This document shows positions 1 through 10,189 of a DNA stretch of 64,000 bases, piece after piece (position 1 is the stretch's first letter; every line of letters begins with the position of its first letter). The stretch lies in assembly GCA_013265495.1 (NCBI GenBank), contig MU060042.1, positions 4,088,258-4,152,257 of the forward strand, given 5' to 3'. The notes under the pieces were generated by a model. It was not told the DNA's origin. It worked only from the letters and a program-made list of their open reading frames with translations, and searched no databases. The position numbers and the translations under genes are program-made. This DNA is from Vicugna vicugna (Eukaryota).

Positions 1-589
1 TCAGAGAAGAAAGGCATTAAGCCTGTCACAGCAGATAAAGATCAGATGCTTCATTTCAAACAGAAGCAGCAAACACTCCACGGTGGACTCCATTAACTGC
101 GAGCACGCCACTCAGACAGACGCGAGGACCGAGACCAGGGCCAGAGGGGGGCACGTAAACCCAAATTCCACCACCGTGTTTGTAGCGACGGAGGATACTG
201 GACCTGGGACACATACAACAAATACAAATAAATTCCAACCCTTCCCCGTGTCCCTTCTTTGTTTCCTTTTATTAAGAGCGTGATTTCACCAAACTAATAC
301 ATCTAGCATATTTTGTCTGAAAAACAAATTAGATTATATTCAACTATTTACATGCAACTAAAGGCTTGAGAAGATGGTTCTGGAAAAAATATCTGATGTG
401 AAAACTTAAGCCATCTCACGATACCTAGGTGTCCTTAGAAAAGCCAGCTCCATGTGGGTGCATTTCAGAAGCCTCCTGGTTAGTCTGCAGTTTTTACTCA
501 TTAAAACAAAACCGATGTGTGTCTCCATTTCATTGAATATTGTGTAAGTAGCTTCTTTGATCTTAACTTAAACTTTGAATTTCTTAAAA

Positions 590-662
590 AAAATTTTTTT
601 AATTGAAGTATAGTTGATTTATAATGTTAGTTTCAGGTGCAGAGCAAAGCGATTCAGTTAAA
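590..662 (-). mobile_element. Short L1 3'-end fragment
   Basis: T-rich tail followed by aattgaagtatagttgatttataatgttagtttcagg, the reverse complement of the L1 3' end also seen at 48555 and 57640. Confidence 0.75.
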
Positions 663-999
663 ACTTTGATTTTTCTATGGCAACTCTTTTCAAATAGTCC
701 GACCACTAAAAGGAATCACACGCATGATACTTCTGTGAGGAGCGAGATGACCCGCAGAAGCGCCACCCCCACCCCGCCAGGCACGACGCGCCCCCGCTCC
801 TCGCCCGCCCAGGGGCTGCCCCGGCTAACCGCTTTACCTGCTTCTCTCTCCCCCTTGGCATCGCTTGTCAATAGAGCACATGTTTATTCTTCTCAAACAT
901 GAAGGAGGCCTTTTCATGCTTTTTGCTTAAGATGCCGCCACAGGGCCTCACTGACTCAAGGGAGAAACCGGTGCCTGGCCTGGCCTGACCTCAGCTCCT

Positions 1000-1275
1000 C
1001 CCCTTTCCGATGGCCTCCTGGCTCCTCCTCGATCCTACCAGGCACGCTCCTGCCCCAGGGCCTTTGCACTGGCCTTTGCCTCTGCTTGAATGGCTTCCCC
1101 CAAATATCCACTAGCCTAGTTTCCTTGGTCCTCCAGGTCCATGATCAACCCCAGAATTTTCAGCGAGGTCTGCAGAGACCCTCCCTAACTCACGCTGCGG
1201 CCTCCTCTCTGCCCTCGGCCCCCATGACCACCTGGACTGTCTCTCTGTCTCTGCAGTTATCACCTTCCAGTCCAC
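1000..1275 (+). mobile_element. L2 LINE 3' fragment; continues at ~1702-1730 after the MLT1 insertion
   Basis: gggcctttgcactggcctttgcctctgcttgaatggcttccccc matches the recalled L2 3' region; L2-like tail gtaaatgctcgtcgaatgagt lies just after the LTR. Confidence 0.65.
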
Positions 1276-1701
1276 TATGTTACTGTCCCAGGGGTGATGG
1301 AACAAAGCCCCACCAGCCGAGTGGCTTAGAAATGCATCGTCTCATGCTTCGAGAAGCCCCAAGTCCAAGATCACGGAGCCTTCTGAGGGCTGTGAGGGGG
1401 TGACCTGTTCCAGGCCCGCCTCCTGGCATCTGGGGGGGTCACTGGTGCCCCTTGGCATCCTTTGGCTTGTGGAGGGCGTTCTCCCTGCGTCTTCGCACTG
1501 TCGTCCCTGTTTATGGCTGTGTCCAAACTTCCCCTTTTATAAGGACACCAGTCCTGTTGAATCAAGGCCTGCATTAATGACCTCATTTTAACTTTAGTCC
1601 CTCTGTAAAAACACTCTCTCCAAACAAGGTCACGCTCTCAGGTATGGGGGCTTAGGACCCCGAGCTACCTTTTCTTGGGAGGCACAATTCAAGCCATAAC
1701 A
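1276..1701 (-). mobile_element. MaLR solo LTR (MLT1A-C type) inserted in L2
   Basis: Diagnostic motifs aagtccaagatc, cttttataaggacaccagtc, gacctcattttaact and terminus ggcacaattcaagccataaca. Confidence 0.85.
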
Positions 1702-2199
1702 TATGTAAATGCTCGTCGAATGAGTTTACTTTTGTGGTCTCTTTTCCCTCCTGGAAAGTCAACTCTGTGAGGCAGACATTCGTGTGTGGTTTTGGTTGCT
1801 GTTACAAGCCTTTCGTATAGTGATCAGAGCGTAATAGACACTAATGCCTGTTTTTAACGGAATAAAAAAACAAACTTCATCACCATTTTGCAGACGAGGC
1901 CTGTGCATTATGCGGAGTCTTCTCCTGAAGGCATGTGGACCCAGAGCTCGGGGCCCCCGCCTGGGCACCTCGGATAGGGGTAAATCACTGATGAGATGGT
2001 CTGCTGGTAATCGAGATGGTGAGATTATTATCCGACGGAAAACGCGGGCTGCAGGGTCCCGGGGCTCTGGCTAACTTGGAGGCAGAACTTCCCTGAGTTC
2101 TGGTTTCTAACAGGACGTCAGGAGGCCCTGGCCCTCCTGCGCTCAGCCCCTCGGCCTCTCCGCGTCAGTCAAACCACACAACAGTTGCCTGCATACCCT

Positions 2200-2900
2200 C
2201 CCCGTCGCATCCTCCGCAGTGGCCTGTTACCAATTTTCGGAAAATGAAACGAGACCCCTGAGGACTGTAATTCGGGGAGCGCAGCCCTGCAGGAATGTGC
2301 AGAGGGGTCTGGAAAACCTGTCAGGCCAGTTTGTTCTCAGACACAAGTGGCAGGAGGCCCGGGTGTGTGAGGAGTACCAAGCGCCCTGCTGGCCCCCTTA
2401 TCAGTCTCAAAACCAGGGACCTTTTGTTTGTTTACTCGCTTAGATAAACTCCGGAGTCCTTGGGAAAGCGCCAATAAATCTGTTTTCCTCAGTACTTCAC
2501 TCTTGTTTACAGAAGGCCTTCAAAAGATATGACAGCTGGCCGCAGAGCAGAACGCCGCCTCCTTCTGAGCAGCCCCCACCCTCTTCCCTGGCCCCGAAGT
2601 CGTTCTCGGGAACATTCGGGTCCTGTAAGTAAAGATCTCAAGTCTTAGCCTTAAGTGGAAACGCTTGGCCAGGATTCCTTTGGGTAAATTTTGCATTTTC
2701 TAACTCATGGTGATTCCATGGACGTGGAGCTCACTCTGAATTCCCGTCGGACCCCTTACCGGATTCGTGGCCTTAATAGAAGGACTGGCTCCGCCTGGAA
2801 GCCGCCAACTTATTTTTATTTTTCATCGTTACGAAAACGGTCCACAGAAAACTTTGATCATTTTGCTCTCAGAGAAGCAGGGGGTGGGCAAACTGTATGA
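2200..2900 (+). mobile_element. Probable ERV LTR 3' part with PBS-like site and 5' leader
   Basis: AATAAA at 2473-2478, terminus ...TGACA at 2534, TGG-initiated PBS-like TGGCCGCAGAGCAG at 2537 and GTAAGT donor at 2625-2630, in retroviral leader order. The 5' boundary and family are not determined. Confidence 0.45.
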
Positions 2901-4614
2901 ATGCGTTTTTCCCCGGGACGATTAGTCCAGAGTCAGCCAAGTTCCCGCACACATCCTTTTTAGTAGTTCCCGGGCAGTTGGGTGTAATTCCACAGGCTTG
3001 GCTGTATTATCCATCTAATAGATTATCCCGCTCCGTATCTCCGTGACACCAGATGGCATTATCTCCTTAGACTGGCTGTTGCCTTGTTAATACAGAGCTG
3101 CAGAGAAACATTAAAGGTCAGGAGGAGAGCAGATGGCCTGCCCTTTCATGCCCGGGAAGGGCCAGATCAGCGTCCGAGCCGAGCCTCCGCCAGTGGCCGC
3201 TGGTGTCTGCGTCTCCTTTTGACTCGTTGTTCCCTTGCTATTGAAATCCTACAGCCAATAACACCTTCCACGTCCATGCCCTGGCCCTTGCTCTTTTATT
3301 TCAAACATCTCCTCTTCCAGAAAACTGAATTATAAAACAATTTTTACCAGGTTTATTTTTCTTAATGCTGCTGCCTACTTGACTGACAAATCTGGTCATT
3401 TTTGTAACAACCCTGGTGTCGTTTACTGACATTTATTTATGGTTCAAGTTCTGGGGCCGCCACGTCGTTGATCTGTAATTGTCATCTGAAATGTGGGCTG
3501 TGTTTGTGTAACCTGTTTCTGTCTGTCGAGGAGACCTGGCTCGGTGTCTTGCCACTTGGGGCTTTAACCCTTCTCGCATCTTTAGATTATGGCCGCAAAT
3601 ATCTCCCCGTCAAATGGAGAGGCCTTTGCATCTCTCTGGGGAGCGCCAGTCCTAGCAAGGTGAAAGCGGGCGAACTGCTGCCTTTGGGGAAGAGCCTCTG
3701 AACGAGAAACGTCCTAGCTTGGAACCAGCAGTCATCAGTCCCAGAAGAACTGCCACCGGGTGTTTTTTCAGGAGTCGCTGTGACACCAGAGAGTCAGCGA
3801 ATCAATAATTCTGAGACTGAGTCCTTCCGTCTGAAAGCACCCCGTGCACATTCGTGGGGGGCTCCTCAATGCCTCCTCCCCACTTGCGGCTCCTTGTAGC
3901 CTTTGCTCTCTTTCTCTCACTCCTTTTTTTTTTTTTCCAAGCAACTTGGATAAAAGACTTGATTTTTCTTAAACATATATTTATCTTGAGATTGGATTTG
4001 CTTTCCAGGACAGTATGTTGTGACTGTCAGCTGATGTCACTTTAAATTTCCTTCATTATTGGTTTATGAGCAACTTTTGAAGTTATGAAAAGTGTTTGTT
4101 CCTCATAATTTAGATTCAGTTTTTCTTCCCTCTCTCCTACTCTGGGCCTTGAAAGTTCAGATCATTGCTGGATTTTTCACCAGGACAATTAATTTAAACA
4201 AGCGGCTCCATAAAGCCAGGCTCTGGACCTGCCATAAGCCCCAGGCCTGAGCACCTGCCCTGTGTCCCTCGCTCTCAAGCAGCTGCGAAACCCTGTTTAT
4301 AATTTCAGGTTTCTGCTTTCTCCTCAAGGTCAGCTGGTGTCCCATTTTTCTTTTTACGAGAGCAGCCTGGCCCCCTTCCTGGTATTTTGCTGGCTCCAGG
4401 ACCACAAGGCAAGTTTCAGACCTGAAGTTAGACTAACTGCTCTAAACTTACTGTCCCTTTATCGGGGGACAGTAGTCACAGTGGAACCTGCCTCCTGGGG
4501 TGTCACCTGCTTGACCTGGCGGTGCAAGTGAAGCATTTATCTCAGTGCGTGCAGAGGAAGGAACAAGGGCTCAACAAACATTCTTTTTATTGCGTGGGTT
4601 CTAACAGTGGTTTC

Positions 4615-4700
4615 GAGGTGATTATTACCCCTATTTCACAGGTAGATAAACTGAGGCACAGAGAGATCAAAAGACTCGGTTCGACTCAAACCGTGAGCCT
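4615..4700 (-). mobile_element. MIR SINE fragment
   Basis: attattacccctatttcacaggtagataaactgaggcacagagag is the MIR core motif. Confidence 0.8.
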
Positions 4701-5424
4701 GTGAAAAAGGCAAGACAAATGCCCAGGTGTTCTCAATTCTATCTGATTTAGACACAGGACAACCCTGCAATATAATACAATATCTATTACAGACAGAAAT
4801 GAGTCTCCTGGTTACCATTTCCCCAAACAAACAGAAATAGAAGTCATTCAACCCTGAAACCCATGTAAGAGCAGGTGGATAACAGCTTTCCTCGCTAGGT
4901 GCGGTCAGGTAGGATGGAATCTGGGTCCAGGCTGGGGCAGGGCTAATTGACGGACGGGTGCTAGGATCCCCGGAGAAGACCGGTTAGGAGTGATGCTCCA
5001 GGTTTCAGATTATTGAAATAAACCTGTGATGTTCTCGCCACTTACCCAGAGGAAGCCCCACTCCTGAACCCCACACTCATCTCCAGCTCTAACGGCGTGT
5101 CAGCAATGGTGACCAGTAAATTAACCCTGGAAAACACTTATTGATCTCCACCTCAGATTGCTGACTTCAAAAAAATGTCATTGTTTCATCACACACACTG
5201 TTCTGCCTCATTAGCTGCTGTCACTGCGCTCCTGGGCACCCAGGGACTCATTATTCGTGACACGGGAACTCGGCGTGAACTTGCCGGGGTTGTTACCAGA
5301 CCCAGACAACAGGTGGGTCTCCCGCCCCGCAGTGGCCTCCCTCTGCTTGTGGCTGGAAGGGACACTCAGTCCTGGTCACCAGACCGATGGACCAAGAGCC
5401 CACACATCTACAGATCATCCAAAA

Positions 5425-5456
5425 CACTAACTTTCCTCTTTACAGCCCAGGTGAGT
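5425..5456 (+). other. Branch point, 3' splice site, 5-nt microexon (5446-5450) and 5' splice site
   Basis: CACTAAC-TTTCCTCTTT-ACAG|CCCAG|GTGAGT is seen directly; use in a transcript is not shown. Confidence 0.4.
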
Positions 5457-6607
5457 ACATGAGCTTGTGTTTCCTCAGAGCTGACTTTCAAAGCCTCATA
5501 AAGCTCCTCTTCACGCAATAATTGGCGTCTCCCAGGGCCCTGCTGATGCCTCGGCTCGCCCTAGGAACGGTTCAGCCCCCTTCGAGGATCCTTAGTTAGG
5601 TAAGAGCCAGCCGGATATCTGAAACGCGAATCAGAAATCGGACCAGGTATTAAGGAGCGGGCTGGGATGCGGCACCAGCTTGTACAAATAAGACTGGGAA
5701 GGCGACAAAGGAAACCCAGCTTCCCAGGAGGTAGGAGACGATAGGAAAGCACGCTGAAGTTCTAACATCTAAACGTTTCTCATTTATTTTTACACCAACA
5801 GGCAAATTATAAAGGAAGAGCGAATTTTTGCTTCGCTTTTTCTCAAAGTAGCACGGTGACCGAAAAGAACTCACTTTTTGTGACTGACATGTGGAGGACC
5901 GAGCAGAAGCAGCAAAGCTGTGGGAGGGCTGAGGCGTTTGAAGTTTGCAACTTGATAAAGACTGTTTCAGGGGAAGATCCTAACCTGGGAGTGGGCTTGA
6001 GAAGGAGGTCTGAAGCCCAGCTCAGCGGTGACAGCCATCCAAGCAGGTGGCGGCGCTCCGTGTAGTCGCGCACTCGTTCCTGGCGCTTCTCCTTCAGATC
6101 AAACCTTGGCCACAGCCTTCTGGTGTCAAGCAGCAGCAAATGCTTGCTCTTCGAGGCTGTTCTACAAACAGCCAAGAGTCTTTCACAACCAATGTTTGTG
6201 AATCTTCCATGTGGTTAAGTTTGGCGACGCTGGGTGGGGGGCTTCTGGGGCAGGAAAGGAGGGTGGTTTGGCACTTTGGTTTTCAGTGGTGCAGTAAGAC
6301 TAAATTTCCTCTCGTGGCTCTTCAGTGTGGTCCTAAAGGAAACTTGTGATTAATGGACACTCATCATCAGTTTTAATTCCAATTAATCAAGGTTTTTCTG
6401 CCACAGAGAAATAGCTGAAGGAACACCTTTCCTCTGTTGTCTGTTTCAGCAGACGTTTTTCCAGGAGGACAACGTCTGACTTCATTTTTGGCAGTTTGAT
6501 TTCTACAGAGCAATTAGAGAGGTTTTGAGAACATGACAGTTATCCACGGTTTTGAAGATGGGACTCAAGAGAAAAGCTTGAAGGAAACGGGTCTAGTTTA
6601 AGTGAGA

Positions 6608-6732
6608 GCAACGCTGAGAGTCTGCGGGTCGGTAACCCCACGGACCCCATCTCCAAATGCAGTCTCGCTGGCCACTAGGTTTCCAACATATAAATCTGTC
6701 GGGGGTGGGGCACAAACACGCAGTCCGTGACA
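6608..6732 (-). mobile_element. MLT1 LTR 5' fragment
   Basis: ccccatctccaaatgcagtc...ggtttccaacatataaat...cacaaacacgcagtccgtgaca is the reverse of the MLT1 start. Confidence 0.7.
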
Positions 6733-6804
6733 ACGGAGGAAAGGCCTTCTGGGCACAGAAAAGCAGCAGATGACCACCACAGCAACCTAAGAGGTGTTCC
6801 GAAG

Positions 6805-6960
6805 TCCAGCTGACTTACAGTGTTGTTAGTGTCCGGGGTACCGCGTACTGCTCCAGTCACACGTACAGACACGTTCTTCTTCATTATGGTCCTCACACGC
6901 TGCGAGCATAGCTCCCTGTGCTGCATAGCAGGGCCTTGTGGTTTCTCTGTTTTCTACGTA
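6805..6960 (-). mobile_element. L1 3'-UTR fragment
   Basis: gctgacttacagtgttgttagtg...catagctccctgtgctgcatagcagggccttg resembles the reverse of the L1 3' ends elsewhere in the window. Confidence 0.65.
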
Positions 6961-7639
6961 AGGGACCGCGTATCTGCTTGTTGCTCTCCCATCCAGCGGC
7001 AGTGTTCCTCCCCCCTCCCCTGGAATCCGGGCTGCCCTGTGGCTTTCTTGACCAGAGGACGCAGCAGTGCTGTGCTGATTTTAGGCTTAAGTCTTTAAGA
7101 AGCCTGGAAGCTTCCATTTTCACTCCCTCTCTCGGAATGCAGGCTTTGAAGCCAGTCATCACATAAAAAGTTCAGGCGAGACCACTACGTGTAAGACGCC
7201 CCGGCAGGGAGAGAGGGGGGTGCCCTCTCTGAGCCCCACAGCCCCGCTCTTCCATCCTGCAAGGACGTCCTCGCGGTAACTCCCCAGCCTCCCGAATGCC
7301 CCCAAGTGTACATGAGGAGCTAACGGCCACCCAGCGAGCCCAGTGAATCCAGACAGTGAGAAGTAATACTTCTTCTGTGCTGAATGGCCAGGTATGGGGG
7401 TGGGGGGCTGGGGACAAGATGTTTTAAATAATAGAAAAACAAATATAAAAAGTATTAACATCATTTGCTCAACATTCTACAAAGCTATTAGGCGAAAGTA
7501 AGTTAAGGTAGCAAATCCTGCAGAAACGTAAGCAGTAGGATTGACGTGACAGTGGCAAAACGCACAGCCGTCAGGGAAGCAGGCGTGAGGCTGAGGCTGG
7601 CGGGGCTGGTGCTTGTCTGTGACGGGGGATTTACCTCCG

Positions 7640-7730
7640 ATTTCTTATCTATAATATGCAAGTAAGTTATCCACCTTACAGGGTTGTCAAGAGGCTCAAA
7701 TGAAGTCATGAGTGACATTTAAACACTTAA
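7640..7730 (+). mobile_element. MIR fragment
   Basis: tttcttatctataatatg...ccttacagggttgtcaagaggctcaaatgaag. Confidence 0.6.
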
Positions 7731-8190
7731 AAGGAGAAATAATATCAAAGCCAGAAGAGTGGAACTGATAAATCCAAGAATTTAAAATTGACAAATATGT
7801 GGCAAATATTGACAAAAAAAAAAAAGGAGGAGAAAGAGATTGACATAAGAAGACGAAACGAAAACAAAGCAGAGAAACTCTAATGGTAAAATTATGAACA
7901 ATAAAATACATATAATTACAGAAGTAAAGAGAAATTAATCTAAGAAAATATTATGTAAACCTCTGAAGAAATAAATCAGAAAATCTTGAAGAAAGAACTG
8001 TTTCTGATGACTGCCTTTGACCCAAGAAGAAATGGAAATCCTTAGTAGACAACATGGAAGGTGCTAGAAATATTATCCACCACAGACACCAGAACCAGAT
8101 GTTTGCACTTTTTAAGAAATAACTCCTTTTAAGTTTTCAAATAACTGATCATTCTAATGATATATTCAAACTGCAGAAAACAGTGGATCT
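7730..8190 (+). mobile_element. Ancient L1 (L1ME-like) ORF2-derived fragment
   Basis: A-rich, strand-biased, heavily decayed; aaattgacaaa...ttgacccaagaagaaatggaaatcctta...agacaccagaaccagatg resembles L1 ORF2. Confidence 0.55.
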
Positions 8191-8614
8191 TGGCTGCTGT
8201 TTATTAGTCAGCAATGAGATTATTTTTATTTCTCACTTTATCGCCTTTTCCTTTTCATCTGACTTTGTTTTATCTTTGAGGTGTGGTCTCTTGCTGTATT
8301 GAGTTAATGTTGTCATGAAAGTTATCTATAGAAATGTGAGATTTTCCATACTTTGTGGAAGTTTTTCCTCTCTTGAGTTCTGCTTTTTTTCCAGACTGGG
8401 TTCTCGTGTAAAGAATGCATAATGGGTCTGCATCTCACGCATAATCTAGAAGAAAATCTTTTAAAAGTTTGGAAAATAAGTGCTACAAGAAAGAATTTAT
8501 TTTCTATGACATAAAACATATTGAAAATGGACAATCCTTAAAAGCATGTTCTGGCATGAGAATGAATGGTTAAGTAGTGGGAAATTTCTTCAAAAGGGAT
8601 GTCACGTACGTGGC

Positions 8615-8960
8615 ATCTAAAAAAAGAAAAAAGAAGACACTAATGAACTCATCTACAAGGCAGGGACAGACTCACAGACAGAGTAAAGTATCTTGTGGTT
8701 GCTGGTGGAGGAGGGGTGGGAGGGGATACACTGGGAATTTGAGATTTCCAAATATGAACTACTATATATAAAAACAGATTAAAAAACAAATTTCTTTTAT
8801 AGAGCACAGGGAACTATAGTCAGTATCTTGTAGTAACCTATAATGAAAACGAATATGGAAATGAGAATGTGTGTGTATGTGTATGACTGGGACATCGTGC
8901 TGGACGCTGGAAATGGACACATTGTAACTAAGTATACTTCAGTTACAACGTGTAAAATAA
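8615..8960 (+). mobile_element. 5'-truncated L1 3' UTR (artiodactyl/camelid type)
   Basis: aatgaactcatctac...gggagggga...agcacagggaactatagtcagtatcttgtagtaacctataatgaaa...gactgggaca...tatacttca. Confidence 0.9.
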
Positions 8961-9170
8961 AGGTCTGTTCTCGCTGCACATCCGTGTGTCTATGTATCAG
9001 CTATCATCTGTCCATCTATTTCTGCATCTATCACCTTTTATTTTTCACCCAGCGTCCAATCACCCGACTGCTACCTGGGTTCCTTCTAGGGGTCCATTCC
9101 CTTCTGAACTCTCATGCCTGCGGTATTTTTCTGGATCACTTTGGAAAGTGACTTTGGCTCTTCCTGCCAG

Positions 9171-9248
9171 ATCTGAGCCTCAGGGAGGTCAGCTCCGGAG
9201 CTGCTTCAAGGAGCACAGCGCTTCCAGAGACCCCATGGCCTTTCGGAG
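9171..9248 (+). other. Candidate internal exon (78 nt, phase 2/2)
   Basis: ctcttcctgccag|ATCTGAG...TTTCGGAG|gtgagt; stop-free frame SEPQGGQLRSCFKEHSASRDPMAFR. No protein recognised. Confidence 0.3.
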
Positions 9249-9424
9249 GTGAGTGGAGCTGCAAGACAGAGAAGAAAAGGGTCTTGATTTGGTCTCAGCT
9301 CAGGACTCAAGGAAGCCTGGAGTTCACGTCAACCCTTAGCCTTCCGACTGGATTGACCACAATCTCCCTGTTTTATCTGAACCAGTTTGAGTTTCGTTGG
9401 CCCTAACTGCCACAGGTTTATTTT

Positions 9425-10010
9425 CTGAACTTTCTATTTTTAAATAGCTTTACTGGGGTATAGTTCACAGACCACACAATTCATTCAATGTGGCTTTTAG
9501 TATATACACATATGTTAGCATCCATCACCACAATTTTAGAACTTATCCGTGACTCTGTGTGCCTAAGTCTGTGGTCTCCCCAGCCCCAGAAAACCACCAA
9601 TCTCCCTTCTGTTTCTATAGATTTGCCTATTTGGGACTTCCCATGTAAATGGAATCGTACAAGGTGTGGTCCTTTGCAATTGGCTTCTTTCATGTCTCAG
9701 AATGTTTTGTTTTCTATATTTCTCAGAATATATATATGCACTTAAAAAAAACTTTTTTGCGGGAAGGGAATTAGGTTTATTTATTTTTTAATTTATTTTT
9801 AATGGAGGTGCTGGGGACTGAACCCAGGACCTCGTGCGCGCTGCGCACACACTCTGCCTCTGAGCTCTGCCCTCCCCCGCTCCGAATGCTCCCCAAGCTC
9901 ACGCACGCTGTGGACTCTGTCAGTCTGTCATTCCTTCTCGTTCCCAAATATCATTCCATTATATGGATGGACCACATTTTATTTCTTCATTCGTCAGTTG
10001 ATGGCTGTTT
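9425..10010 (-). mobile_element. L1MB-type 3' fragment interrupted by a SINE
   Basis: agctttactggggtatagttcacagacc...ccagccccagaaaaccaccaatctcccttctgtttctatagatttgcctatt...cattcgtcagttgatgg. Confidence 0.8.
9752..9878 (-). mobile_element. tRNA-Ala-derived camelid-type SINE (Vic-1-like)
   Basis: Reverse strand reads gggggagggcagagctcagaggcagagtgtgtgcgcagcgcgcacgaggtcctgggttcagtccccagcacctccattaaaaata...aaacctaattccc; A- and B-box-like motifs present. Confidence 0.9.
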
Positions 10011-10096
10011 GAATAACAGGAAAAAGACCCACGGATGAAATATTTGGGGTGAGTTTTACTCCTCCTGCTTTCTTTGGCGATGTGCCTGACCCTCAG

Positions 10097-10189
10097 ACTG
10101 ACTGGGTCTACAGGCAACAGCCATCATGAAGATGCACTGGTCTTGGCGGTGCGCAAGGGTCTGGGCCGCTCTGTGACTGACAAGAACAG
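10097..10189 (+). other. Candidate internal exon (93 nt, phase 2/2; alternative acceptors at 10114 and 10121)
   Basis: cctgaccctcag|ACTGACTGGG...AAGAACAG|gtgagt; stop-free frame LTGSTGNSHHEDALVLAVRKGLGRSVTDKN. No protein recognised. Confidence 0.3.

Noticed and set aside
6450-6478. Hairpin CAGACGTT...AACGTCTG
   Set aside because: An 8-bp stem is expected by chance in 64 kb and is too short for a pre-miRNA.
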